Part shown: in pieces, positions 20,722 to 32,600 of the stretch
Numbering within the stretch: the stretch's first letter is position 1
Layout: every line of letters begins with the position of its first letter
Assembly: GCA_040182905.1 (NCBI GenBank)
Contig: JARQWU010000028.1
Span: 1-64,000 of the forward strand
Direction of reading: 5' to 3'
Source: Barthelona sp. PAP020
Taxonomy: Eukaryota
Length of the DNA: 64,000 bases
Made by a program: the position numbers and the translations under genes
Notes under the pieces: model-generated
Seen by the model: only the letters and a program-made list of their open reading frames with translations
The model's database searches: none
Told to the model about the DNA's origin: nothing

Positions 20722-21432
20722 TTATCCACTTTTATTTAAGAGGGAATTTTGGGCTTTTTGAACATTAAGGTTATATTTAGGATTGTCCAGGTTTATCAAT
20801 CGATTGGTGATTGCAGACCATTGCACAGTTAGATCAATAAAGTTTTCTTCCATTTCTGCTAAATCCATGTCAATTAGATTTAAATTGTCGTGCATTTTTT
20901 CAATTTGTTTATTTGTTTCCATCGTTGAATTGTTAAATTTCTCATTGAATCCACCATCGTTTCTTAATTTATTTAATTCTGCAAAAAATACTTGCTTTTC
21001 CTCTTCTATTTCCTGAAAAGCCATTTGAACTTCTGAAATCCCGAATATTTGACGAGAATTTGTCATTTGTGAATAGTTTTCTTCATAGGCATTGTGACAG
21101 GGAATGGTTTGATTTGTTGATGGTAATTGGTTCCAATTGAAATTAATAGGTTCAAAGTTGAATGCTAGTTTTTGAGGCACCAAACTGGGTTTTGTCAATG
21201 TATTTTGGAAGTTTTTTGTTGATGGAACAATGTTTTCTTTGTTGAAATCAATTCTTTCTATTAAAAATTTGTTCTCTGGTGCTCTTTTTGCTGGATTATA
21301 TGTTTTTGAGACTTGTGAAGATTGAATTTCTTGAATTTGTAAATTATCATCCAAATTTTGTCTTTCTCTTATCAAGGAGAATTTTAAAACTTGTCTTTCT
21401 TCAATTGAAGGAAGGTTAAAATTAAATGACAT
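20722..21432 (-). CDS. Hypothetical protein, Asn/Gln-rich with C-terminal coiled coil
   Basis: 236-aa ATG-initiated ORF. Confidence 0.65.
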   Translation of the reverse strand: MSFNFNLPSIEERQVLKFSLIRERQNLDDNLQIQEIQSSQVSKTYNPAKRAPENKFLIERIDFNKENIVPSTKNFQNTLTKPSLVPQKLAFNFEPINFNWNQLPSTNQTIPCHNAYEENYSQMTNSRQIFGISEVQMAFQEIEEEKQVFFAELNKLRNDGGFNEKFNNSTMETNKQIEKMHDNLNLIDMDLAEMEENFIDLTVQWSAITNRLINLDNPKYNLNVQKAQNSLLNKSG

Positions 21433-21704
21433 CTAATATTTATTTGAAAGAAGCAGGCAAATTATGGGCATTCTCTTTTTTCTTTAGAAATTGCTTTTTT
21501 TTCATTTTTTAAAACAAATTTTTGTTTGAATGATTGATTAAAACTAGTTATTTAAAAATAATTCTTTTAAGAAATGTTGTTTTGTTTAGTATTCAAACTT
21601 CTTCATAAAAACAAATGAGTATATTAACAAGTATTTTAATTGAATAATGAAACCAAATAGACTTTGTCACAATTTTGGATTGGTTGAGGGTTTTTTTTTT
21701 TGCA

Positions 21705-22847
21705 ATGGCATCATCAAAGAAATCTAAATCAAGTTATTTGTTAACACCAGGAAAAGTATTAACCCAATTAAAAAATCGACCTTTACACAACAATGATGAA
21801 AGAAAACCAATTTTTATTCCAAAAGTTACTGTTTCATCAAAAGATATTCCAACTTATCAAACTTTATCATGTTTAAATGAACATGAAATTTATAAAAGAA
21901 GTGTAAAAGCACATTTATCGAATATTTTAGGAGTTCAAAGTCGTTCATCCAATGAATTTTCGGAGTTTTTAAAAAAATCTTATGAAAACTCCGTTAAAGA
22001 ATTAGAAATTCGAAAAAAAACCAATGAACCTGAATTGAAAAGCGCGCCAAAAATTGAGGAAGAGGAAAAAACAGATAGTGGTTCATTATTGAAGAAAAAG
22101 AGTCTGCTTGGAGGGTCTAAAAAAGGCCTATTTAGCAAAGATAAGTCTGATAAGTCTAGTGAAGATGCAAAAGAGACAGATGAATCAGAAAAAACAAAGA
22201 AGTCAATTTTTATTGGTGGTAAGACAAAATTAAATGACACTGATAAAGAGAAAGGTGTGGAAAAACATGTTTCGTTTGATTTTGAAAAATCTAGTTCCAG
22301 TTCTTTTTCTGCTGAAAATGTAAAAACAATAAATAAAAATAAATTTACAACATCTTCGGATAGTGATAGTGGTTTTAAAACATCATCGAATAAATTTGAA
22401 AGCAAAGATTCTTTTGGAAAAAGCAGCAGTGGCTTTTCTTCTTCCAAATTCAGTTCATCATCATCATCATCTTCTTCTTCTTCTAATTCATCTTTTGGAA
22501 AAAGCAGCAGTTTTAATACATCCAAAACATCTTCTTCTTTGTCATCTTCTTCTTCAAATGCTTTTTCAAGTAGAAAATCTACTTTTGGTGGTTCATCATC
22601 AAAATTAAGTGAAGAAAGACCAAAATCTTCTTCAGGATCTTCTGCTTCAAATCCTTTTTCAAAAAATTCTGCTTCAACAAAAACTTCAAGTACCTTTGGA
22701 AGAACTTCAAGAACTTCGTTGAGCAGCAGTGAGAATAAATCAATCTCATCAGCAACTTCATCATCGAATCCATTCAATAAAGGTAAACATGGTGCAGTAT
22801 TATCGATGATTGATAAAAATAAGAGCAAAAACCCATTTAAAAAGTAA
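21705..22847 (+). CDS. Ser/Lys-rich low-complexity protein with FG and NPF motifs
   Basis: ATG at 21705 (MASSKK). SFG/TFG repeats and three NPF motifs in the C-terminal half. Confidence 0.75.
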   Translation: MASSKKSKSSYLLTPGKVLTQLKNRPLHNNDERKPIFIPKVTVSSKDIPTYQTLSCLNEHEIYKRSVKAHLSNILGVQSRSSNEFSEFLKKSYENSVKELEIRKKTNEPELKSAPKIEEEEKTDSGSLLKKKSLLGGSKKGLFSKDKSDKSSEDAKETDESEKTKKSIFIGGKTKLNDTDKEKGVEKHVSFDFEKSSSSSFSAENVKTINKNKFTTSSDSDSGFKTSSNKFESKDSFGKSSSGFSSSKFSSSSSSSSSSSNSSFGKSSSFNTSKTSSSLSSSSSNAFSSRKSTFGGSSSKLSEERPKSSSGSSASNPFSKNSASTKTSSTFGRTSRTSLSSSENKSISSATSSSNPFNKGKHGAVLSMIDKNKSKNPFKK

Positions 22848-22972
22848 AATAATTTCAGTATATTTGTTTATTAATTTTCAACTGCATTATAATTCCCCAA
22901 TATATCACATTTAATTGACACAAAAAAAAAGAGAAAAAAAAGAGGTGAAATTTTATTCGTTCTTATCAATTA

Positions 22973-23665
22973 ATGGACAATCGAGAATTATTATTGGAAG
23001 AATTGGAGAGTGTTTCAGCTCTTTATTATGATAATATTGTCGAAATAAGGAATGAAAATGATGAAACTACTCCAATTATTTTAACAATAAAATTATCTCG
23101 AAGTAATGGCAAGCAAGAAGAAGAAACAGTGTTGACAAATATCGAATTTCCATTAGAGTATCCGGAATCTTCACCAATTGTTACAATTTGTTCTTCGGTA
23201 TTTGATACTCAAAAATTGGAAGATAATATTGAAGCTTTATGTGAAGATTTTGCAAATAACGAAGTTCTGATAGTTTTAATAGAAGAATTAATAAATTGGT
23301 TTCAAGATGCAATTGAAATACCAACATCCATGCATGATAAATTAATGGCATTACGATCAAATCAAGCTGATAATAAAAAACAAGAAGAAAATGTTGAACT
23401 TTCTTTAGAGGAACTTTTGGCACAGGATATCAGTATGATGGATGATGAAGATGTGGTAAAGCGCAAGGCTCTTTTGCAAAAGATGTATGCTGTTAACCAA
23501 CTAACGTTTGGTGAACCATTTACTGCTGAAGGGTTTAAGAAATGGGAAGAAGATTATCTGATGTCCCGAGGATGGTTAGAAGATCCAAGTCACACTGTTC
23601 AAAGTGGCAGGACCTTTTTCGAAAATATTCAAAAAGAAATTGATTCAAGAACGTCAAAACAATAA
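22973..23665 (+). CDS. RWD-domain protein RWDD1/Gir2 (DFRP2)-like
   Basis: EELESVSALY and FPLEYPESSP (RWD YPxxxP). C-terminal GEPFTAEGFKKW...SGRTFFE is typical of RWDD1/Gir2. Confidence 0.8.
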   Translation: MDNRELLLEELESVSALYYDNIVEIRNENDETTPIILTIKLSRSNGKQEEETVLTNIEFPLEYPESSPIVTICSSVFDTQKLEDNIEALCEDFANNEVLIVLIEELINWFQDAIEIPTSMHDKLMALRSNQADNKKQEENVELSLEELLAQDISMMDDEDVVKRKALLQKMYAVNQLTFGEPFTAEGFKKWEEDYLMSRGWLEDPSHTVQSGRTFFENIQKEIDSRTSKQ

Positions 23666-23776
23666 TAAAAAATTTTAGATATTTTTATTGTCTTTATTCT
23701 CAGGAATAACGCGTTTCCGCAAAAAAAAAATAACAAAGTGCTATCAGTTTGAACAAACAAAACCATTACATTTATG

Positions 23777-24646
23777 TTACAATTTTGATTGCAAAGAATT
23801 TTTCAACAAAGTTAATGCTGCAGTGTTTTCAAACACATTGTTTCTGTTGTGATTGAAGGAATTGATGAAAGATTCAGTTGGAGGAAATTTGAAGGAATTG
23901 CGATTGCTTGACATTGGGTAGTTTATTTCATTTGAGGTAGTTTGTCTTCCATTTGTAAAAGCCAATGATAGTTCTTTCTTTAAATTCAACACTTCTTCAT
24001 TCAACTCATCAATCCGCGTTTCATACAACTGTTGAAGTGTATGGACATGAGCTTGAACTTCTCTACTCCAATCAATCATTGGAGAAGTGATTCCTGTGGA
24101 AGGAGATTCATTAGCTTTGAATAAATTGAGCTCACTCTGCGTTTTTTCCAATTGGGCATAGAGTTGAGTATTTTCATCTGCCAATGTTGATTTCATTGCA
24201 TTAGCTGTTTCTAAAACTGCATCAAGCGTTTCCATATGTAAAGATATATCTTTAATTGATTGATTAATCTTTTTACTTACTTCTTTCAATTCAAAAACAT
24301 CGATAGACTGTATATCAAACAAAGAACAACACATTTTTGCTTGAGGTAAACTCAAAGTCTTTGCAGAAGGTAATAATGTATCAATTTGATTCATGCAAAT
24401 CTCAGATATTCTTGAAAATTTTTTTGTTAAATTATTCAACCATTCTTTTGGTACAATAACAAATTCATCACAATCCCCAGGCAACATGATGTTAAATAGA
24501 TCTTGAATTTGTCGCTTTAATGCAATATTTTCATTATAAATCTCTCTTACTACTTCAACAGGATTTATATTTGTGTCATTTTGATAAAATCGAAGAGTTT
24601 CTTTTAAATTTTGAATTATTTTTTCTTTAGAAAAATTCCCTGACAT
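23777..24646 (-). CDS. Hypothetical coiled-coil protein
   Basis: ~289-aa ORF from ATG 24646, with heptad-rich segments. Confidence 0.65.
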   Translation of the reverse strand: MSGNFSKEKIIQNLKETLRFYQNDTNINPVEVVREIYNENIALKRQIQDLFNIMLPGDCDEFVIVPKEWLNNLTKKFSRISEICMNQIDTLLPSAKTLSLPQAKMCCSLFDIQSIDVFELKEVSKKINQSIKDISLHMETLDAVLETANAMKSTLADENTQLYAQLEKTQSELNLFKANESPSTGITSPMIDWSREVQAHVHTLQQLYETRIDELNEEVLNLKKELSLAFTNGRQTTSNEINYPMSSNRNSFKFPPTESFINSFNHNRNNVFENTAALTLLKNSLQSKL

Positions 24647-24717
24647 ATTACATTGCAAAGATATTGATTAAAAGATAAAAATGAGAATTTTTTTTTCGCT
24701 TCTTTTATTCTCATATT

Positions 24718-25800
24718 ATGTCTGTTATCTTAGCCACAGCAGGGTTGGATCATACGATTAAATTTTGGGATGCGGTTAATTTAGTTTCAACAGGTTCGAT
24801 ACAAGTCGGAGATTCACAAATTAATGCATTGTGCATATCACCCGAACAACGATATATTGCTGCTGCATGCAACCCAACCATTAAATTATATTCATTGATG
24901 GAAAAACCTTCATCTCATGTTAATATCAGTTTTGAAGGACACGAAGGTAATGTTACTGCTATTGGATTTTCTGCTGATTCTACGAAACTATATTCATGCA
25001 GTGAAGATAAAACTGTCAAATTTTGGGATATGAACTCTCCTACATGCACTCAAGAGTTTCATTTTGAAAATATGTTAAATTGTGCAGTTTTACATCCAAA
25101 TCAAAATGAATTATTTGTTGGAGATAACGGTGGTAATATTTCTGTTTTAGATTTACGAACATCTATGGTACGTCAAGTTGTGACACCCCAATATCGAGAT
25201 GGTGTTCATAGTTTGGCTTTGGATCCAACAGGTGGTTTAATTGTTAGTTGCCATCGTTCTGGAAACATTAATTTTTTCACCACAAGTAATTCGCCCGAAG
25301 TAAAGGCAAGATTTGAACATGTTGCCCTTACAAAAAGCAACAAAGAAGAACAAACATTTCCTCAATTAAAGCACTTGCAAGATTTACCGGATTTAAAACC
25401 CACTGTCATTCAACCGCTGGGGTTAACCATTTCTGGGACAAACACTTGGGAGCATTTGGCTTCATATAAAGCTCATGATGGTTATGTTTTGTGTGGCCTA
25501 ATTTCGCCAGATGGAAAGCATTTAGCAACGTCTTCAAGTGATTCATCAATAAAATTGTGGGATATCAGTGGAAATAATGACTCAAAAGGTATTAATTTGA
25601 AGAATGTATTTTCTTCTCATACCAATTGGGTTTGGGATTTGGCCTTTAGTCTTGATTCAATGTATTTAGTCAGTGCCAGTTCAGATACCACTGCAAGATT
25701 GTGGGATTTAAACAGAGGTAGTGCTATAAGGCGCTATCAAGGGCATGATAAGGGGTTGACGTGTTTGGCTTTGTATGATCCAATATATTCCAGAAGATAA
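24718..25800 (+). CDS. LST8: TOR complex subunit LST8 (WD40)
   Basis: MSVILATAGLDHTIKFW, DSQINAL.I, FEGH.GNVTAIGF, LHPNQNEL, HTNWVWDLAFS.DS.YLVSASSD.TARLW, YQGH.K. Confidence 0.95.
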   Translation: MSVILATAGLDHTIKFWDAVNLVSTGSIQVGDSQINALCISPEQRYIAAACNPTIKLYSLMEKPSSHVNISFEGHEGNVTAIGFSADSTKLYSCSEDKTVKFWDMNSPTCTQEFHFENMLNCAVLHPNQNELFVGDNGGNISVLDLRTSMVRQVVTPQYRDGVHSLALDPTGGLIVSCHRSGNINFFTTSNSPEVKARFEHVALTKSNKEEQTFPQLKHLQDLPDLKPTVIQPLGLTISGTNTWEHLASYKAHDGYVLCGLISPDGKHLATSSSDSSIKLWDISGNNDSKGINLKNVFSSHTNWVWDLAFSLDSMYLVSASSDTTARLWDLNRGSAIRRYQGHDKGLTCLALYDPIYSRR

Positions 25801-25946
25801 ATTCAAGTAACTATTCTTGGCATGTAAATATTTTTATTTTCTTTTTTTTAGTTCAAACAATAAGGATTTCTTCTGAGAATTCAGTTAAAATAACAAAAAG
25901 CAAAAAAATGATTTAAAATTACAATTATTTATATGAAAACGACTAA

Positions 25947-26237
25947 TTATTGGTTGGCATATCTTTTAACAGGTTTATTTGAAGAACCACGGCGATAATA
26001 TGCATCTTGTAAACTTTCCAAAGTTAATTTATTTACACCTTCATCTGTTTTGACTGTTGCTGAATCAATAAGCCTTTTTAATGCTCTTTGAGCCGACAGA
26101 GCAACTAATTTCGTAATTCTTGGGTCACTAATTGAAACACCTGATTGTTTCAACAATTGTTCTGCAACTTCAGGTGGAATCACTGGATTAATATCCTCTA
26201 ACTTCGCTCTTAACTTTTCAATTTCAGGATTTTGCAT
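25947..26237 (-). CDS. TAF10: TFIID/SAGA subunit TAF10 (histone fold)
   Basis: PVIPPEVAEQLLKQSG...SDPRITKLVALSAQR...KLTLESL matches the TAF10 pattern. ATG at 26237. Confidence 0.8.
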   Translation of the reverse strand: MQNPEIEKLRAKLEDINPVIPPEVAEQLLKQSGVSISDPRITKLVALSAQRALKRLIDSATVKTDEGVNKLTLESLQDAYYRRGSSNKPVKRYANQ

Positions 26238-26279
26238 CAACAAATTAAAAAAAAAAATAAAGCACTCTTTACAAATATA

Positions 26280-27095
26280 TTACACACTTAAAAATTTCAC
26301 ATCCTTAACAATAATCCTGTTTTCAACTTCTAACAGTTGAATAATTGCAAATCTCCCATCTTTTAAAGCGCCAGGGTTGACAATGGTGGTTGAACCAAAA
26401 TGAGTCAATCCCCAACCCTCATGAACATGTCCATGCAACCATAAAGGAATGTGTTCATGATAATCTTCCAAAATAGACAACAAACTAGTACTTCCAGCCT
26501 CAATGTAATCAGGGCATTTGGGTGGAGAAACATAAATCGTTTCAGATGGTTCACTCTTTCCTGAGTAGTCTCTTGTTGTGTTTATACCAATAGGACCATT
26601 ATGAGTAACAAATACGACTGGTTTTTGACGTGTTGCAATATCAAATTGTAAAAACGAATCAATGATTTCAGATTCAGTTCTACTTCCGTACCAATAAAAC
26701 TCATTGTTGGATGTGTAAGCAGGCGTTGAACCATGAAGCATAAAGAAATCAAATACATTATGAAATGGAAGAAAGCCATCTTTTATCACGTTGAAATGAT
26801 CAGGAGTATTAAAAGAAAGCAGTAGATCATGATCATGATTTCCTATTGTCATAAAAACACTTGCCAATTTTTGTAAAATTGTAACAATCTGTTGTGTATT
26901 TGGAGGCAGCATGTCTTTTGTTGAAGATGTCTTGCTCGTGGATAATTCATCCTTTTTAGACATTATATCACCAATACAAATCAATCCATCAATGAAATAT
27001 TCTTGATTTCGAGAGTTTCTAACAATTAATTCGGCTAATTTTTCTAAATTTTCCAAACTTCCATGAATATCAGATACAACTAACAATTGAAACAT
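26280..27095 (-). CDS. Calcineurin-like metallophosphoesterase (Icc-related)
   Basis: SDIHG, GDI, GNHD, VTH, HGHVHE and NPG motifs. Confidence 0.9.
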   Translation of the reverse strand: MFQLLVVSDIHGSLENLEKLAELIVRNSRNQEYFIDGLICIGDIMSKKDELSTSKTSSTKDMLPPNTQQIVTILQKLASVFMTIGNHDHDLLLSFNTPDHFNVIKDGFLPFHNVFDFFMLHGSTPAYTSNNEFYWYGSRTESEIIDSFLQFDIATRQKPVVFVTHNGPIGINTTRDYSGKSEPSETIYVSPPKCPDYIEAGSTSLLSILEDYHEHIPLWLHGHVHEGWGLTHFGSTTIVNPGALKDGRFAIIQLLEVENRIIVKDVKFLSV

Positions 27096-27238
27096 ATTTT
27101 TTCATTAAAAGAAAACAGTAACTTTTTCATTGACTTTACACTCCTTAAAATCTTTTTAAAGTTATTTTACAATAATAAGAATGTTAATAAAAAAAAAGCA
27201 AAACTATTCAATTTATCACTCTTCTTCAGTCAATCACA

Positions 27239-28942
27239 ATGTTTTCTGTAATTGATTATGCCGAAGAACGAGCAAGAACGATTGATACAATGATGAAATC
27301 AATTGAAAAAGATAATGGACCGAAAAGAGCTTGGCAGTTATTACCAAGGCATATGAGAAGACGAGCAGCATCACACAATCCAAAACGAGTCCCATATTTA
27401 TTGAGAGAAAGAGCTGAAAGAGAAACAAAAGATGCAATTGATATTGGTTCTTCGCATGCCAAACGTCGTAAAAGACGCAGAAGAAAATTCAAAGAGCTAT
27501 CATTAAGAAGTAATGATCATACAGGGTTTTGGAGTCCAATACATGTTTGGCATGCAAAAAGATTTCACATTGAAAAGAAGTGGAATTGGAAAGTCCCATT
27601 AAAATCAGCTAATAAAAACAGAAGATTTGTTTCGAGATCGCTTTTACATAGATCCACTATAATTGATCAGTCATACTTGTCAGTTCGAAAATTAATTATT
27701 AGTTTCAGTGATTTTTTAAAAATAACTGACATAAAAGATTGGAATATTTGTAAAAAATATTATAAATATTACACCAACTATCATTTGATTGAATTTATTC
27801 TGTTTGATGAACAAGATGTTATATATATAATGAATCATCCTTGCACTGAAACCACATCAGAATTCGATGAATGGCTTAAGCTTTTTAACGATTTTGAAAT
27901 GGAAAAATTGACAAACATTTCAATTTTGCGAACATTCGGGAACTTTTCTGGGGCATATTTAGGTGAAAAGATGAAACTCATTACCGAGCATTCTCCTGTG
28001 CAAGAATTATGGAATTGTATGTGTGGAAGAAAAGCCAATTTGTTTTTGCCATATTTCCCATTTATTGGTAAGTTTTCTGATCCTCGACTCGTTTCCAGTA
28101 AGAGAGAAACAAAGTTTGATATTGCAAAAGATGTGTACAACATTCAAAATAGTTTTGAAAATGACAAAGAAGATGTTGAGTTTTGGACTGCTTTTGACAA
28201 CAATGTGATGGCAACACTTGAAAAACAAGGTAATATTGATGAAAAAAAACATAAAAGTATAATCACACAAAAAAATATTGAAAGAGAATTCCCTTCTTCT
28301 TTTGTTCACCTTTTATTTATGTTAATACCTAATAAAGATGCCGATGAAACATTAATAATGCTTCCAAGTGATGAATTATCTGTTGTGTGGAATAGTCTGG
28401 TCACAGGAGGATTTGTCCCCATTGGACAAAATGGACTGAAACAAATAGGTCTTGAATTGGAAAAAGAAGTGTTTCCTTATGATGGATGTGCTAGTAATTC
28501 ATGTGTTCAAGCTGAAATCGAAGAATTAGCTGCAAAATCAATTGAAAAATGGAACAACAGACCCAACACACAAAAGATCAATTTTGCGAAAAGGAAAGTC
28601 GATTACCCACATAGACCACCATTGGAAATGGAACTTAGTTCAGATTTTAAGTTTGTTTCAGTATTTTTGGAGTTCAAACAAGGAAATGTTACACCATTGT
28701 CCATAATGTATCCAATTGATCTTGAAAACGATGCAGATCTTCAATGCATAGAAATTTCTGACGTTTCAGAAAGATCACCTGTTGGGTGGCTGACCAACAG
28801 TGGTTTTTCTTTCAAAAAATCAAAAGTTGTAGGTATTGGTCGAATTAGAGAAGATTATTTCGCAAGTAATATGGACGTATTTGTTTTGCAAAATTCAAAA
28901 GATGTTCTTTTCAGAGCTTCAGTCAGGTTGGTTGAGTTATAG
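27239..28942 (+). CDS. POP1: RNase P/MRP protein subunit POP1
   Basis: QLLPRHMRRRAASHNPKRVP, HVWHAKRFH, FPYD, WNNRP...KINF, VGWLTNSGFSF. Confidence 0.92.
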   Translation: MFSVIDYAEERARTIDTMMKSIEKDNGPKRAWQLLPRHMRRRAASHNPKRVPYLLRERAERETKDAIDIGSSHAKRRKRRRRKFKELSLRSNDHTGFWSPIHVWHAKRFHIEKKWNWKVPLKSANKNRRFVSRSLLHRSTIIDQSYLSVRKLIISFSDFLKITDIKDWNICKKYYKYYTNYHLIEFILFDEQDVIYIMNHPCTETTSEFDEWLKLFNDFEMEKLTNISILRTFGNFSGAYLGEKMKLITEHSPVQELWNCMCGRKANLFLPYFPFIGKFSDPRLVSSKRETKFDIAKDVYNIQNSFENDKEDVEFWTAFDNNVMATLEKQGNIDEKKHKSIITQKNIEREFPSSFVHLLFMLIPNKDADETLIMLPSDELSVVWNSLVTGGFVPIGQNGLKQIGLELEKEVFPYDGCASNSCVQAEIEELAAKSIEKWNNRPNTQKINFAKRKVDYPHRPPLEMELSSDFKFVSVFLEFKQGNVTPLSIMYPIDLENDADLQCIEISDVSERSPVGWLTNSGFSFKKSKVVGIGRIREDYFASNMDVFVLQNSKDVLFRASVRLVEL

Positions 28943-29685
28943 TGTCATTTCTAGTGCATGACCTTTGAAACATGTTTTTAACAGGATATTCAATATTTAA
29001 TAACTTACTAACCAACCATAAAATTTACAATAGGAGAATGTGGTTCAGCATATATTTCATTTTTGATTAATGGTGATTAACCTCTGCGTATTAATCAGTT
29101 ATTGGTCCGGGAAAAGGATGTAGATGTTGAAGATTGAAAGGAATGAGATGAGTAAATTTCTTCTCATGAAGAGATGGAAGATTATGGAAAATATTTGAAG
29201 TTGTGATCAAATAATGTTCAATAAAGCCTGTCTGTTGTATATTTGTTTCATTTTCTGTTTTTTAATGCTTTATGGAAAATTTGATTGTTGCAAAAATTGT
29301 AAACATCCGTATTTTTTTATTTATAACAATTCAAGATTGTTTTGTTCCTTCAATTATCAGATTTTTATATAGTGTGTTGTTGTAACTTTGGCAGTAATAC
29401 GTTTACATGATAAAACTTTCAAAACAATTCCAACATACCAATAAATAAATCAAAATGAAAATAATTCTAAAGATTTATCAAAAAACTGAATAAAATAAAA
29501 ATGAGAACAATAATTCATTTAAAATTTGTTCTAATTCACCAAAAACTACCCCTTCGAAGGTTAACAATAAAATAAACTGTCTTTAGTATGTCATAAAAGA
29601 AAGCAAATTCGATTGGCTAGAAAGATCCCAAGATTTTCAGTCAAAAGTAAATTATAACTGATTTCTTTTTTATTTTCTGTTTGAC

Positions 29686-32600
29686 ATGTCAGCTGATTCA
29701 ACTAATGAATTAATAGAAAAAACCATTCGTGATATTGTTCCCATAAAAATGAGGGAGTATGAAGAGAAGGAAAAACAAACAATCAAAGGTATACCAGGTG
29801 GTCGTATGTTTAACAGTGGATACTCACTTGATGGTAGATATTTGGTGATTGGAAGTGAGAGAGAAAATAGTAACCTAAAGGTTCATGTGATAAACATGGA
29901 AGAGTCCAAACTTGAGACAACTAAAATAAATGAGATAAAGAATTCTGGTTACGTCAGTGGTATTAGCTTTTCACAAGATGGACAAATGTTAGCCTTGGGT
30001 TCTGAAGATAAGTCCATAGTTATATACAGTCTTCAAGATTTTAAAAAGTTATTCACATTTAACAATGATTATCCTGTGTATGGAATTTCATTTTCTCCCT
30101 GCTTTAATTATATATATTCCGGTGACAGGAATGGAAGTGTAAAAAAATGGGATATAAGGAATGGTAGTGTTGTTTTGCAGCAGAAAGTTCATACTAGTTG
30201 GATTTGGAGAATTAAAGCTTCATCAGATGGTAGCTTTCTTTCAACTACCAGCAATGACAATACTGCTAAATTGATTAATGCTGAAGATTTCTCTGTGGTA
30301 CGAAATTTGGAACATGGTGGCTGTGTCAGAACAATTGATTTTCACCGAACCAAAAAAATTATTGCATCAGGGGATGGATTAAAACAAGCCAAAATTTGGA
30401 ACATGGACAATGGGTCACTCATTCATACTCTTGAAATGGGTGGTGAAGTATTTTGCTTAAAGTTTTTAACCGCTTCTATGTTATTTATCATGTCTGGTGA
30501 TGGTTATATCACCTCATACAATGTTGACACATTTGAGGAAATTCAAAAAGTTAAATGTAGTTGTCCTAGTAACCATTTTTCCTTTGCTATATCTCCTGAT
30601 ATGAAACAATTAGCGTGTGGAAAATGCTCAAACGCAGTGAAACTCTTTGAAATTTTTTTTGATGAGTCAAATCTTGTTGAATCACTCAAACCATACACAA
30701 CAGAACTTGTTAAACTTTCAGAGGCAAAAGGAAATGTTTTGAATCACTTGATTGAAAAATATGATTTGTCACCAACAGATTCTTTCTTTATTGACCTTTT
30801 ATCATCAGGAATTTGTCTTTCAGAAGAAGAAGCACAAGAATTTATTGAAGTTGACTTTGATATTATGGTTAAAAATGTAAACAGCGGTGGAAATATGCTT
30901 GAATTCATCTCCTTACAACGTTTCTTTGAATATTATAGATTACAGCCTCAAGAAGCTGAATTATTAGTCTCCAAACATTTAAAGCTATTAATGAAAAGAC
31001 AGTCAACAAATGACATGCTACTTCTAACCAAAATGTATCCTAAACATGTTGAGTCCTTGCTTGAAACACATGAAGGGAAACCTTTTATTAATAAACTAGT
31101 TGTTAATTCCAAAAACACTCAAAACGTGATATCATCTATAATGGAGAGTTCAAATAGAATGGAAGTTTGGGATGTAATTTTGCTTTTGATAAACTATGGT
31201 CTTTGGATTAGTTCTACTGAGTACAATTTAATTAAAGATATGTTGGAAGAAGGAACATGTTTCACTAACTTCAAAAATGGTGGAAATATCAGGCAAATTC
31301 AATTTCCTCACTTTCATTCAGCTTTTGATTTTGAAGGTTTTTCTTTTTCCAAGCTGATAAATTTGTCACCAATTGACCATTCTGAGGAGCTCAAAAATTT
31401 ATTCAACTTTTTTGCCAACCGTGGCTATTTAGCACCTAAAAACAGTGGAAAAGGATTGAGCGCATTTTTGGAAGCCTATCCAACTCTTACAGAGCCCTTA
31501 TTTGAAAAGATTGTTCCACACCTGTCCGAAATAGCTCGAATTACCTTCCTCGAACTTTTGCCTAAAAACATTATTTTTGAATATCCTGCTATTGTTAAAC
31601 CGTTTTCTCAAAAAATTGAAATGATTTGTGATTTAAACGAGGTTATTAAACAACAGAACTTTCTAATTGGTAACCTCTCAACACAACTTGACCGAGTGAC
31701 ATCCTTTGTGGCTTCATTTGCTGAAAAAGATAACACAGTGCAAAAATTAAAAACCCAACTTGAGATAACCCTTTCCTGGGCCAAAAAATTGGTGAAGATA
31801 ACCATTGAAGAATCAGTTGAACCTTTAAAGAGCTTTAAGGCAGAACAACTTTCTAACATGCTCGCAATGGCCATTCATTCATATGAAAAGTTCTACAAAT
31901 CAGAATCAAAAACGCTTTTGGACTCTTCTATCAATGAAGAAATTAAAGAACTGACCAAAAAAACCAAAAATAGCATTGATTTGATCCGAGACACACTTAT
32001 TCCCCGAATCAACAAAGTTCTTGAAATAAATCCTCTTGAGTTCATTGGATTACCAAAAGATTTTGTATCTTTCAAAGAAGAACTTCATAACTACATAGAA
32101 TTGACCCTTGAATCATCACCCGTTGCTCAGTTATTTAGATTGGGCATCGATGCATTGGAAGAGAAAATTTTAACCAAGATTGAACCATACTATGATAGCT
32201 ACATGTGTCTTTATTGCAAAAATACGTTTCCTTACTCCCACTTTGTCAAAGAATTGAAGGAGCACCTGCATAGAATTGAAAGGTTTTCTGATGCAATATT
32301 TGAAGCACAAATCCTTCAGCCACTCATTCAAGAGAAACAAGAAAAATTGATGGATGCATATAGCGATTTACAAAGAACAAAAAATATTGATAAGAAGAAT
32401 GGCACAGAGAAAAAGCTAATTAAAGCATATAATATGGCTCAAAATGAACTTGAATATGTCTATGAGGAGGTGTTAATTATAAGAGATTTTATTCCAGACC
32501 ACCTAGGACAAGCACTAATGAACTGCATTCAAGATCCTGAACTTATTGCTGTTTTATGTCAAATTTTTGGAATGAGAGAGATACCAAGCAAGCTAGTAAA

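Noticed and set aside
21980..22828. 282-aa antisense ORF
   Set aside because: Mirror of the Ser-rich TCT/TCA codons of the + strand gene; starts at TTG.
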